A DNA stretch of 64,000 nt from an uncultured Clostridia bacterium (lineage in GTDB: Bacteria; Bacillota; Clostridia; Christensenellales; CAMQZB01), in assembly GCA_947039455.1 (NCBI GenBank), contig CAMQZB010000001.1, positions 79,877-143,876 of the forward strand. The letters run 5' to 3'. The notes beneath the pieces are model-generated. The model was not told where the DNA came from, did no database searches, and saw nothing but the letters and a program-made list of their open reading frames with translations. The first letter of the stretch is position 1. Every line of letters starts with the position of its first letter. The position numbers were made by a program, and so were the translations under genes. Below, piece by piece: positions 27,301 to 36,084 of this stretch.

Positions 27301-28142
27301 TAGACGAAATTATCTATGATTCTGAAAAAGCAATTTCATCATTAAATTGGGCAATAGACGAAATGGAACGCAGATTTATGTTGTTCCAAGCAGTGATAGC
27401 CCGTGATTTAGATTCATACAATGGAAAATTATTGCCAAATGAAAAGAAGTTGCCAAGAATAGTAATTATCATGGACGAGTTAGCGGACTTAATGTCAATG
27501 AACAAAAAAGAACTTGAAGAGAAAATCATGAGAATCGCACAAAAATCTCGTGCCGCAGGTATCCACTTAGTTCTAGCAACTCAAAGACCGTCAGTAAACG
27601 TAATCACAGGTGTAATCAAAACCAACTTGCCAAGTAGAATTTCATTCAAGTTATCAAACGGAGTGGATAGTAAAACAGTACTTGACGAAGTAGGCGCAGA
27701 GAAGTTGCTAGGAGCAGGAGACATGTTCTTTAAACCAGTAACAGCACCAGAAAAAATACGTCTACAAGGTTGTTTCGTAAGCTCAAAAGAGGTTGAAAAA
27801 GTAGTTAACTACGTAGTAACTCATAATAAAGCAGAATACGATTCAAAAGCAAAAGAGCAAATAGTGTACACGAAAAAAGAGAAAGAAGCCAGCAATTCAC
27901 AAAACGGTGAAGGTGAAACGCAACTTGACGATAAATTTGTAGACGCACTAAAATTAGCAATAGACAGTTCACAAATTTCAATATCAATGATACAAAGACG
28001 TTATAACGTAGGATTTAACCGAGCAGGAAAAATCCTTGATACAATGGAAAAACTTGGTTACGTATCGGCATTTAACGGTAGTAAACCAAGAGAAGTTAAA
28101 ATAACAAGAGAGCAATTTGAAAAAGAATTTGGGGAGTATTAA
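24336..28142 (+). CDS. ftsK: DNA translocase FtsK/SpoIIIE
   Basis: N-terminal TM helices and a very long low-complexity linker. The motor has Walker A GSTGTGKS and Walker B IVIIMDELADLM, and the gamma wHTH reads ISMIQRRYNVGFNRAGKILD. Confidence 0.95.
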   Translation: MKKEFENINHKDDTTTRETVSILSLILSVVLLLALLTRDTVLGSFGLLISNMTLGIFGFAAYAMVSFGIITSVVALFTKKSKNNGMIIIALCVMLFSALIALQVWTANAGLIIDDKLTFSEFLEQSYKLEAEGIYGSSAGGVIMSAIIYYPVSILGVNGTYIVSAVLLTIGVFGGIAGMKTKFSSEVMQKVNSKSKSQQKDSLEEFTKGKNAVKVGFGTSIGELRTGKADPNDNFQQGDFYNRQSNVDAEPEVEQRLSAQEILYGRPPITANQPQEEQVVEQSNDAQYGDMKGSRRNAKLFISNVGKTTSLNQKSKREINQEVKQNKKAKDILFSNEEDSSFTINNTNRPRNLSEDRNHFDQRVDTIRENDPRNNILSNNYGGEYVTPKFEDAGIIDDDNYKKPFIKIDDNVNVNEKRNEDNLVSRKALFNNNSTNVEVTSNEQTADNVHYTDNQLSTATETRTVNNIVKPQRPAEDPHVDMFRITKPKVPPKILTSKDVKKKAPVVQIVEEVVVVPEKFNILEPRTTMTNAYADTEEFKTSTKEFKDLLASGKLKNRVLEVPQVDYSFEKKITKDVANIKILTSIDQLNGGKKPEDKIDNSSAPSSLSSSFTKAILHAPIDDVFNEIKLDQLSNPQMVEENKKYAVGAFFKDGININSVEQTVENNKPANQRKPVEEIINMPQETHREKVIIESHVIPQVRNLFQPESSVEVEERKVVSQENTAEIINDNSNGNKANDNTTHSVFYPLNQVKPIKTANGEVASQLPIIAKETYQAPASISKAKVPYAFPPLDLLDDAKMNTNKISEETEAKAIALEEILKSFSINAKVVETVVGPSVTRYELEIQQGTQVKRIEQISKDITMGLESPSEVIILAPIPGKNRVGIEVPNRIKDTVTIKSVIDTDTFRNSESRIAFALGKQVDGTNVMCDIAKMPHMLIAGSTGTGKSVALNTILISLLYNATPDDVRIILIDPKRVEFTAYRGLPHLLIDEIIYDSEKAISSLNWAIDEMERRFMLFQAVIARDLDSYNGKLLPNEKKLPRIVIIMDELADLMSMNKKELEEKIMRIAQKSRAAGIHLVLATQRPSVNVITGVIKTNLPSRISFKLSNGVDSKTVLDEVGAEKLLGAGDMFFKPVTAPEKIRLQGCFVSSKEVEKVVNYVVTHNKAEYDSKAKEQIVYTKKEKEASNSQNGEGETQLDDKFVDALKLAIDSSQISISMIQRRYNVGFNRAGKILDTMEKLGYVSAFNGSKPREVKITREQFEKEFGEY

Positions 28143-28145
28143 ACA

Positions 28146-29459
28146 ATGAAAGTTGGAATCGTATCACTAGGTTGTGACAAAAACAGATGCAATACAGAAA
28201 CAATGTTACATTATTTGCAAGAAGGCGGTTATGAAATCACAAATAACGAAGCCGAAGCTGAAATTCTAGTAGTAAACACTTGCGCATTTATCGAATCCGC
28301 AAGAGTTGAAGCAGTGGAAACAATACTAGAAATGGCGGAGTTGAAGAAGAACGGAACCTTGAAAACACTAATAGTATCAGGCTGTTTGCCAGAGAAATAT
28401 ATTGGTGATATCTTCAACGAATTCATAGAAGTAGACGGATTTTTAGGTGTGAGAGATTATCCGATTATTTGCGACATAATCAAAAATGCGGAAAACAAAA
28501 GAGTAAATGCAGTGCATACTTGCACGTTGCCAACAAGCAATAAAAGAGTGTTGACAACGCCAGCACATTACGGCTATTTGATGATAGCAGACGGCTGTGA
28601 CAATCACTGTACCTACTGCACAATTCCACAAATACGAGGACGTTTTGTTTCAAGAAAAATGGAAGAATTAATTGATGAAGCAAAAACAATAGTGGCGGAC
28701 GGAGTAAAAGAAATAATTCTAGTGGCACAAGATGTAACAAGCTACGGAATTGACTTATACAATAGATATGCCATAGTGGAATTAATACAAGAACTATCAA
28801 AAATAGAGTATTTAAAACACATTAGATTATTGTATTGCTACCCTGAAAAAGTAACCGATGAGTTACTTGAAGAAATTGCACACAATGAAAAAGTAGTGAA
28901 ATATATGGATATCCCACTTCAACATGCGTCAACCGCCGTCCTAAAGAGAATGGGCAGATTTGGAACATATGAAGGGTATCTTGACTTATTCAATAAGATT
29001 AAAGCGAAAATCCCAGAAATTGCAATTCGCTCAACAGTGATGGTAGGATTTCCTGGTGAAACTGAAGAAGATTTTGAAAATCTAGTACAGTTTTTAGAAG
29101 AAGTGAAACCCGTTAATTGCGGAGTATTTGCCTATTCTGACGAAGAAGACGCACCGTCAAAAAACTTGCCAAATAAAGTAGATGATGATGTGAAAACTGA
29201 AAGAGAGTATGATTTAATTGAAATACTTTCTGAAATTTCTCAAGAATTTAAAGAACAATTTATTGGCAAAACTATGTCAGTAGTCTATGAAGAAATTGAT
29301 TTCGATAACGATAGATTTATCGGAAGAAGTTACATTTCAGCCCCTGATATCGACAGTCTAGTATTCTTCACAAGCACACAATTAGTGGAAGTGGGAGAAT
29401 CTTATGATGTAACAATAACAGGCATTGAAAACGATGATTTAATAGGAGAGATAAAATGA
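28146..29459 (+). CDS. rimO: ribosomal protein S12 methylthiotransferase RimO (radical SAM MTTase)
   Basis: UPF0004 N-domain (SLGCDKNRCNTE), radical SAM CDNHCTYC and a C-terminal TRAM domain. Gene order rimO-pgsA-cinA-recA is conserved. Confidence 0.85.
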   Translation: MKVGIVSLGCDKNRCNTETMLHYLQEGGYEITNNEAEAEILVVNTCAFIESARVEAVETILEMAELKKNGTLKTLIVSGCLPEKYIGDIFNEFIEVDGFLGVRDYPIICDIIKNAENKRVNAVHTCTLPTSNKRVLTTPAHYGYLMIADGCDNHCTYCTIPQIRGRFVSRKMEELIDEAKTIVADGVKEIILVAQDVTSYGIDLYNRYAIVELIQELSKIEYLKHIRLLYCYPEKVTDELLEEIAHNEKVVKYMDIPLQHASTAVLKRMGRFGTYEGYLDLFNKIKAKIPEIAIRSTVMVGFPGETEEDFENLVQFLEEVKPVNCGVFAYSDEEDAPSKNLPNKVDDDVKTEREYDLIEILSEISQEFKEQFIGKTMSVVYEEIDFDNDRFIGRSYISAPDIDSLVFFTSTQLVEVGESYDVTITGIENDDLIGEIK

Positions 29460-30049
29460 ATTTACCAAACAAATTAACAATAACAAGACTAATATTAGTA
29501 CCATTTATGGTAATATCTTTCTACCTAACACCATATGCACCAGCAGTATTTCCATTTGTAACAATGTTTATATTCGCAGTTGCAGCAGCTACTGATTTCC
29601 TAGATGGAAACATCGCAAGAAAGCATAATATCGTAACAAATTTCGGAAAATTCATGGACCCACTAGCGGATAAAGTTCTAGTTCTAGTGGCAATGATATT
29701 GATCGTAGACCAACAATTAATACCGCTACAACCGCTAGCAGCCATTGCGTTGATAGTAACGTTAGTACGTGAACTTGTGGTGTCAGGCGTAAGATTAATT
29801 GGCGCAAACAACGGAAAAGTTATCGCAGCAGATAAGTTAGGAAAAATCAAAACTGCAACACAATGTGTAGCCCTTCCATTTATCCTAATGGCATCAGCAA
29901 TAGGCGAAATCTTCGGCGCAACATCAGTTATTTATAATGTAGTATTATGGACAGGAGTTGTAGTATTAATGTTGTCAACAGTAGTATGTGTGATTTCAGG
30001 AATACAGTATATTACAAAGAATATCGAGCTATTTAAGGACGCAAAATAA
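29456..30049 (+). CDS. pgsA: CDP-diacylglycerol--glycerol-3-phosphate 3-phosphatidyltransferase
   Basis: CDP-alcohol phosphatidyltransferase motif DGNIARKHNIVTNFGKFMDPLADK. It is multi-TM. Confidence 0.9.
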   Translation: MNLPNKLTITRLILVPFMVISFYLTPYAPAVFPFVTMFIFAVAAATDFLDGNIARKHNIVTNFGKFMDPLADKVLVLVAMILIVDQQLIPLQPLAAIALIVTLVRELVVSGVRLIGANNGKVIAADKLGKIKTATQCVALPFILMASAIGEIFGATSVIYNVVLWTGVVVLMLSTVVCVISGIQYITKNIELFKDAK

Positions 30050-31281
30050 TGAATATTTCAATTTTATCTGTTGGTGACGAGTTGTTAATGGGCAAAGTTG
30101 TGAATACCAATTCAGCCTATATATCAAAAAAATTATCAGAACGTGGCTTGCCAGTTTACTATCAAATCACTTGTGCTGATACTGAAAATGACATAAAAAA
30201 TTCTCTTGATTTACTATTAAAAAATTCCGATTTAGTGATAGTGACAGGGGGATTAGGATTAACTGAAGACGATAAAACTAAAGCAGTTATTGCTAGCTAT
30301 ATTGGAAAACCTCTTGAAATTAATGAAATGGCAAAACAAAATACGCTTATTCACTTTGAAGATAGCGAATTTGAAATGCCAGAAGGGCTTGAAGGATTCT
30401 ATACAATTCCAGAAGGTGCAATGCCATTGAAGAATTATGTAGGAGTAGCGCAAGGTTTTATTTCAACACACGAAAAGAAAAAAATAGCAGTATTCCCAGG
30501 TCCGCCGGAAGAAATGACGGCGATGTTCGACAATGATTTTTCAGAAGAACTTAAAAAATGGAGTGCTACAAAAATCATCACAAAGTATTTTAAAATATAC
30601 GGAGTTGGTGAACTTGAAGTGGTTGAAAAAGTTGAAGATTTGCTTGAATTAGAGCAAAAAGGCGTGTTTTTGACAACATATTGCAACATAAAAGAAGTGA
30701 CTTTAGTTCTTCGTTACGACGAAAATAAAGTACCTTTCCCACTTGTTGAAGAAGTGATTTACGAAATTACACAACGTTTTTCAAGAAGTTTATACGCTTT
30801 TAAGAACGTGGAACTAGAGAGTGCTTTGATAAGTTTACTAGAAGCGAAAAAGAAGAAAATCGCAGTTGCCGAAAGTGTAACTGGTGGTAATATAGTAAAT
30901 AAACTGATTTCTGTACCAGGAATGAGCAAATATTTAGTGGAAGGAATAGTAACATATTCTAACGAATCAAAGGTAACAAGATTGAACGTTTCTCAAAACA
31001 CAATCGAAGAAAATACAGCAGTAAGCAGTGATGTGGCGTATGAAATGTGTCGCGGATTGCTAGAACATTCAATGGTGGATATAGCAATAGCGACCACTGG
31101 ATATGCGGGTCCCGACCAAGAAAATCACGATGTCGGGCTGGCGTACATAGCTATTGGAACGAAAGATAACATACAAGTTAACCGATATAAATTTTACGGA
31201 AATAGAGAAATGATACGAGAAGCCTGTGGCAAACAAAGTCTTTTTTCTTTAATTAACTTGATAAAATACAATGAGATATGA
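30049..31281 (+). CDS. cinA: competence/damage-inducible protein CinA
   Basis: MoCF-biosynthesis-like N-domain (ILSVGDELLMGKVVNTNS) plus a CinA/PncC C-domain (AVAESVTGG ... ATTGYAGP). Confidence 0.85.
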   Translation: MNISILSVGDELLMGKVVNTNSAYISKKLSERGLPVYYQITCADTENDIKNSLDLLLKNSDLVIVTGGLGLTEDDKTKAVIASYIGKPLEINEMAKQNTLIHFEDSEFEMPEGLEGFYTIPEGAMPLKNYVGVAQGFISTHEKKKIAVFPGPPEEMTAMFDNDFSEELKKWSATKIITKYFKIYGVGELEVVEKVEDLLELEQKGVFLTTYCNIKEVTLVLRYDENKVPFPLVEEVIYEITQRFSRSLYAFKNVELESALISLLEAKKKKIAVAESVTGGNIVNKLISVPGMSKYLVEGIVTYSNESKVTRLNVSQNTIEENTAVSSDVAYEMCRGLLEHSMVDIAIATTGYAGPDQENHDVGLAYIAIGTKDNIQVNRYKFYGNREMIREACGKQSLFSLINLIKYNEI

Positions 31282-31292
31282 GGTAGAAAAAA

Positions 31293-32330
31293 ATGGATGC
31301 AACTAAGAAAAAACAACTAGACGGAATACTGTTATCACTAGAGAAACAGTACGGAAAAGGTTCAATTATGAAACTTGGCGATAAAGCGAGTGTAGAAATT
31401 GACGTAATTTCAACAGGCTGTCTTGCAATTGACAGCGCACTTGGAATAGGCGGAGTACCATGCGGACGTATAATCGAAATTTACGGACCAGAGTCTTCAG
31501 GAAAAACAACAGTAGCGCTACACATAATTGCACAATCACAAAAGAACGGCGGAACTTGTGCATTTATTGATGCCGAGCATGCCCTAGATCCAGTGTACGC
31601 AAAAAAATTGGGCGTAGATTTAGAAGAATTATACGTTTCTCAACCTGACACAGGAGAGCAAGGACTTGAAATTACTGACGCACTTGTAAGAAGTGGAGCT
31701 ATTGATTTAATAGTAATTGACTCAGTTGCAGCGTTGACACCAAAAGCGGAAATTGAAGGGGATATGGGAGATACACACGTTGGACTTCAAGCAAGATTAA
31801 TGAGTCAAGCCTTGAGAAAACTAGCTGGAATAACAAGCAAAAGCCACACTTGTGTAATTTTCATAAACCAATTACGTGAAAAAGTCGGAGTAATGTTTGG
31901 ATCACCAGAAATCACACCAGGCGGAAAAGCATTAAAATTCTACGCAAGTGTAAGAATGGACATCAGAAAAGGTGAAGCTATTAAAGACGGAACTGATATA
32001 AACGGTAACAAAACACGTTGCAAAGTAGTGAAAAACAAACTTGCACCTCCATTTAGAATTGCGGAATTCGATATAATATACGGAGAGGGTATTTCAGCTG
32101 AAGGTTGCCTAATGGACTTTGCTGTAGACAAAGGTATTATGGAAAAAAGCGGTTCATGGTTCTCATATAATGGTGAAAGACTTGGACAAGGTCGTGAAAC
32201 TGTTAGAAATTTATTGAAAGAAAACAGAGAGCTGTTTGACGAAATTGATACTAAAACAAGAGCGGAAATTTTCGCTGATAAATCACAAGATAAAGCACAA
32301 GATAAAGCACAAGATAAAACTGAAAAATAG
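31293..32330 (+). CDS. recA: recombinase RecA
   Basis: Walker [19 protein letters not shown] and L2 loop region. The C-terminus carries three QDKA repeats. Confidence 0.98.
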   Translation: MDATKKKQLDGILLSLEKQYGKGSIMKLGDKASVEIDVISTGCLAIDSALGIGGVPCGRIIEIYGPESSGKTTVALHIIAQSQKNGGTCAFIDAEHALDPVYAKKLGVDLEELYVSQPDTGEQGLEITDALVRSGAIDLIVIDSVAALTPKAEIEGDMGDTHVGLQARLMSQALRKLAGITSKSHTCVIFINQLREKVGVMFGSPEITPGGKALKFYASVRMDIRKGEAIKDGTDINGNKTRCKVVKNKLAPPFRIAEFDIIYGEGISAEGCLMDFAVDKGIMEKSGSWFSYNGERLGQGRETVRNLLKENRELFDEIDTKTRAEIFADKSQDKAQDKAQDKTEK

Positions 32331-32336
32331 TAATTT

Positions 32337-32367
32337 TAAAAAGCGGTATACAATATACCGCTTTTTA
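32337..32367 (+). terminator. recA terminator
   Basis: Stem agcggtata/tataccgct followed by TTTTT. Confidence 0.85.
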
Positions 32368-32419
32368 TGTATTTATTAATAAATATACAAAGAAAATTGC
32401 ATAAAAAATTGAATAGTAC

Positions 32420-32448
32420 TTGACAAATTCTTTAAAATATAATAAAAT
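32420..32448 (+). promoter_or_regulatory. sigma-A type promoter of rny
   Basis: TTGACA, 17-nt spacer, TAAAAT. Confidence 0.6.
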
Positions 32449-32535
32449 TAAATAGATTATTGATAGATATCGTAATTTATACCATTGACGTGTAAATTAA
32501 TAATTAAATATATATATACATGGAGGTACCATACA

Positions 32536-34134
32536 ATGACTAAATTTGTGTTATTGAATTCTCTTGGTGCTCTTGGAACACTGTTTCTAGTTTTAGCTGC
32601 TATCGCAATTGTTGCGATTTCAATCTTCGCTGGATTCATAATTTGCAAGAAAATATCGAATGGGAAGATAGGAGATGCAAATGCGGTTGCAGAGAAGATT
32701 ATTTCTGATGCAACAGCTGAAGCAAAAACGGTAAAAAAAGAGGCAATATTACAGGCTAAAGAGGAAGACTTACGTATTAGAGGTGAGTTGGACCAAGAAT
32801 TGAAAACACGTAGGGGTGAAATTCAAAAAAATGAACAAAGAGTTCTTCAACGTGAAGAAGTTGTAGTTAAAAAAGAAGCATCTCTAGACGTTAAAAACGA
32901 AGCATTAGATGTTGAAAAAGGAACTTTGCGTCAAAAAAATGCGGAAGCTGATAAAGTTAGAGAAAAACTAACTAATGCCCATGACAAAATTGTTGAAGAG
33001 CTTGAGAAAGTTTCAAACATGTCAAAGGAAGAAGCAAAGCATTTGCTTATTAGCGAAATTGAAGAAACAGCAAGACACGACGCAGCTAAGCTGGTTCGTG
33101 AAATTGAAAGAAATGCAAAAGAAGAAGCGGACAAAAAAGCTAAAAACATCGTAAGTTTAGCTATTCAAAAGTGCGCAACTGATCACTCATCTGAAATTAC
33201 AGTAACGGTAGTTCCACTTCCTAACGATGAACTTAAAGGAAGAATTATCGGACGTGAAGGAAGAAACATCAGAGCATTGGAAAGTGCAACTGGTATTGAT
33301 TTGATTATCGATGATACACCTGAGGTAGTAATTTTATCAGGTTTCGACCCAATTAGACGTGAAGTAGCAAGATTAACTCTTGAAAAACTTATTTCTGACG
33401 GAAGAATCCACCCAGCTCGTATCGAAGAAATCGTAAACAAATCTAAAAAAGAAGTAGAGCAAACTATTAAGGAAGCCGGAGAAGCAGCAATGTTCGACGT
33501 AGGTATCTTTGGTTTGCACCCTGAAATTATTAAACTTCTTGGAAAACTTAAGTATAGAACAAGCTACGGTCAAAATGTTTTGAAACACTCACTTGAGGTT
33601 GCATACTTGGCTGGGGCAATGGCTGCTGAACTTGATGTTGACGTAAACCTAGCAAAACGTGCTGGATTACTTCATGATATCGGAAAAGCGGTTGATTACG
33701 AAATTGAGGGAACTCATATCCAAATTGGTGGAGATCTTGCTAAGAAATACAAAGAAAGCAAGTCTGTAATCAATGCAATCATGGCGCATCACGGTGATGT
33801 TGAACCTGAAACTATTGAGGCTGTATTAGTTATGGCTGCCGATGGAATTTCTGGAGCAAGACCAGGTGCTAGACGTGAAACTTTGGACAACTATGTTAAA
33901 CGTCTTCAAAAACTTGAAGAAATTGCAAACGAGTTCAAAGGCGTAGACAAATCATTCGCAATCTCAGCTGGACGTGAAGTACGTGTTATGGTTAAACCTG
34001 AAAACGTAAACGACGAAGCAACAATTTTGTTAGCTAAAGACATTGCTAAAAAGATTGAATCTGAGTTAGATTACCCAGGACAAATCAAAGTAAACGTAAT
34101 CAGAGAGTTCAGAAGTACTGAATTAGCAAAATAA
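32536..34134 (+). CDS. rny: ribonuclease Y
   Basis: N-terminal TM helix, coiled coil, KH domain ([15 protein letters not shown]) and HD domain (LLHDIGKA). The ATG at 32536 follows RBS ggagg. Confidence 0.95.
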   Translation: MTKFVLLNSLGALGTLFLVLAAIAIVAISIFAGFIICKKISNGKIGDANAVAEKIISDATAEAKTVKKEAILQAKEEDLRIRGELDQELKTRRGEIQKNEQRVLQREEVVVKKEASLDVKNEALDVEKGTLRQKNAEADKVREKLTNAHDKIVEELEKVSNMSKEEAKHLLISEIEETARHDAAKLVREIERNAKEEADKKAKNIVSLAIQKCATDHSSEITVTVVPLPNDELKGRIIGREGRNIRALESATGIDLIIDDTPEVVILSGFDPIRREVARLTLEKLISDGRIHPARIEEIVNKSKKEVEQTIKEAGEAAMFDVGIFGLHPEIIKLLGKLKYRTSYGQNVLKHSLEVAYLAGAMAAELDVDVNLAKRAGLLHDIGKAVDYEIEGTHIQIGGDLAKKYKESKSVINAIMAHHGDVEPETIEAVLVMAADGISGARPGARRETLDNYVKRLQKLEEIANEFKGVDKSFAISAGREVRVMVKPENVNDEATILLAKDIAKKIESELDYPGQIKVNVIREFRSTELAK

Positions 34135-34156
34135 TAAAAGGTTAAACCTTTATCAA

Positions 34157-34198
34157 AAGAACTGTATTGAAATGCAAATTTCAAATACAGTTCTTTTA
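34157..34198 (+). terminator. rny terminator
   Basis: Long stem aagaactgtattgaaat/atttcaaatacagttctt followed by TTTT. Confidence 0.8.
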
Positions 34199-34238
34199 AA
34201 TTTATAATTAATTATAAGAAAGTAAAATCTAAATTTGG

Positions 34239-35087
34239 ATGGAAAATATAATGGTTAAGAGAAATAACAAAATAGATACAAATACAACAGAAATAAACAC
34301 AACAGAAACAATATACATAATTGAAAATACAAATACAATTAAAAGTTCTAATACCAATGAAATTGCAAATGCAGTAAATATTACAAATATAACAGCAACT
34401 GCAAATATTACCGAAAGCGTGAAAACAGTAGTTGATATAACAACAGTAGTAAAAGCTGATAGCCCAATGATGGCATGGGCAAAATCCCAAGCAAATGAGC
34501 ATATTGCAATGGGGCATATTGGCACTCATCTTGATACTTACGAAAAAAGCAATATACCAATTAGGTATTTCAAATCTCAAGGCATAATTTTTGATGTGAG
34601 AAATATCGAAGAAATCGGACTAACTGATATTGATATCTCAAAAGTAATGTCAAATTATTTCGTAATATTTAGAACTGGACAAATGGAGAAATTCGGTTAT
34701 GAAGGTCAAGAATATTTCAATAATCACCCACAGCTATCAAATGAATTAATAACTGCATTAATAGCCAAAAAAATACGATTTATAGGAGTAGATTGCGCTG
34801 GAATAAGACAAAATGAACAACATAAAACAGCCGACATTCTTTGCGAAAATAATGGTGTATATGTTATAGAAAATCTAGGAAATTTATACACTATTCAAAG
34901 TGCCTTATACAATGTCAAATGTGAATTAGATAATGTACAAATGAATTTAGAAAATATTCAAAGTAACCGTGACAGTGATAAAAGTAGTTCAGAGAATTTT
35001 CAACGTAATGAATTTACAGTATATACAATGTGGCACGACAACGAGAAGATGACAGGACTAAAATGCCGTGTACTAGTAGAGTTTTAA
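34239..35087 (+). CDS. putative cyclase/kynurenine-formamidase-family protein with Asn/Thr-rich N-terminal extension
   Basis: HIGTHLDT (HxGTHxD) motif at about aa 92. The start is uncertain because aa 1-76 are low complexity. Confidence 0.55.
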   Translation: MENIMVKRNNKIDTNTTEINTTETIYIIENTNTIKSSNTNEIANAVNITNITATANITESVKTVVDITTVVKADSPMMAWAKSQANEHIAMGHIGTHLDTYEKSNIPIRYFKSQGIIFDVRNIEEIGLTDIDISKVMSNYFVIFRTGQMEKFGYEGQEYFNNHPQLSNELITALIAKKIRFIGVDCAGIRQNEQHKTADILCENNGVYVIENLGNLYTIQSALYNVKCELDNVQMNLENIQSNRDSDKSSSENFQRNEFTVYTMWHDNEKMTGLKCRVLVEF

Positions 35088-35132
35088 GATAAGGCTAATT
35101 CCCATAAACCTATATTAGTGCTTAAATTAATA

Positions 35133-35170
35133 TAAAAAAATACCGCTAGTGCAACGCTAGCGGTATTTGA
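35133..35170. terminator. bidirectional terminator hairpin
   Basis: Stem taccgctag/ctagcggta flanked by an A-run and TTT. It lies between the convergent genes at 35087(+) and 35332(-). Confidence 0.65.
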
Positions 35171-35331
35171 ATATGAAATATAAAATTCTTAATTATTGTG
35201 TCATACAATCTTATAAGTATTTATATGATATTTAAGAAATTACACATTTAAAAGAAATTGCAAAGCACTAAATTAATTGCATAATACGAATGATACACAT
35301 TAAAAAGCACTTGCAAAAGCAAAACAAATTA

Positions 35332-35868
35332 CTATTTAACCAATACTTTAGAAAAGATTTCCATATCAGCAAACTCAGATCCGTTGAAAGAAAAGTTCTT
35401 TCTCACGCATTCAAACTCGTAATCTAACTTACTGAAAATCTTAGTGCTCCTAGTGTTATCAATTTCAATAGCACACTCTAAACGACGCAATTTTAGTACG
35501 TCACGAGCGATTAAAGTACCGCATTTCGCAATTTCAGTACCATAACCCAGCCCCCAAAATTGGTTGTTAACTGAAATTCCAATAGAACCCCAATTGATGT
35601 CGTTTCTAAGAAGAACAATAATCTCAAGAACGCCAACAAATTTAGAAGTAGTGGAGTCGAACACACCAAAACAGTAAATTTTGTCTTTAGTAGCATATTC
35701 AGTAAGAGCAGAAACGAATTGATTAAAGTAACGCTTAGTTAAATTATCAACAGTGCCCACATCAAATTCATTTTGTGGTGGCAGTCTATTTTCGTAACCT
35801 TCTTTCCAAAGATCGAAATCTTTAGTGGCGAATTTTCTAATATATAATCTCTCAGTTTTAAAAGTCAT
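35332..35868 (-). CDS. GNAT N-acetyltransferase (RimJ/RimL-like)
   Basis: 178 aa with the FWGLGYGTE acetyl-CoA binding motif. RBS aggag. Confidence 0.75.
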   Translation of the reverse strand: MTFKTERLYIRKFATKDFDLWKEGYENRLPPQNEFDVGTVDNLTKRYFNQFVSALTEYATKDKIYCFGVFDSTTSKFVGVLEIIVLLRNDINWGSIGISVNNQFWGLGYGTEIAKCGTLIARDVLKLRRLECAIEIDNTRSTKIFSKLDYEFECVRKNFSFNGSEFADMEIFSKVLVK

Positions 35869-35889
35869 GTTAATCTCCTAATTTCCCTT

Positions 35890-35917
35890 TAAAAAAGGGC
35901 GAACCTAAATCCGCCCA
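35890..35917 (-). terminator. leuS terminator
   Basis: On the minus strand: gggcggatttaggttcgccc followed by TTTTTT. Confidence 0.8.
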
Positions 35918-36000
35918 ATAATAATAATAGTAATAATATTGAATTAAATACCCAACTACTCACCCAACAACACAGCAACAAAAATCACCATACATAAAGC

Positions 36001-36050
36001 GGGTCAAGGGGCTCGCCCCTTGTTGGGGCATGGGGCAAACAGCCCCATTT
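36001..36050 (+). repeat. GC-rich twin-hairpin core, copy A
   Basis: gggtCAAGGGGCtcGCCCCTTGttggggcaTGGGGCaaacaGCCCCAttt. It differs from copy B only at two loop positions. Confidence 0.85.
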
Positions 36051-36084
36051 TATAACGAACCAACCAAACCAAACTAAACAAAAA

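Noticed and set aside
30700-31292. Search for a LexA box in front of recA.
   Set aside because: recA follows cinA by 11 nt, and I found no GAAC-N4-GTTC within the cinA 3' end. The SOS operator, if any, must lie elsewhere or upstream of the operon.
32285-32320. 12-nt tandem repeat (caagataaagca x3) at the recA 3' end.
   Set aside because: It simply encodes a short QDKA repeat in the variable acidic/basic RecA C-terminal tail. It is probably a trivial slippage product.
34212-34580. Cys/Ile/Phe-rich minus-strand ORFs (122 and 98 aa).
   Set aside because: They are antisense to the A-rich leader of the cyclase gene. The composition is an artefact of T-rich repeats, and there is no RBS.
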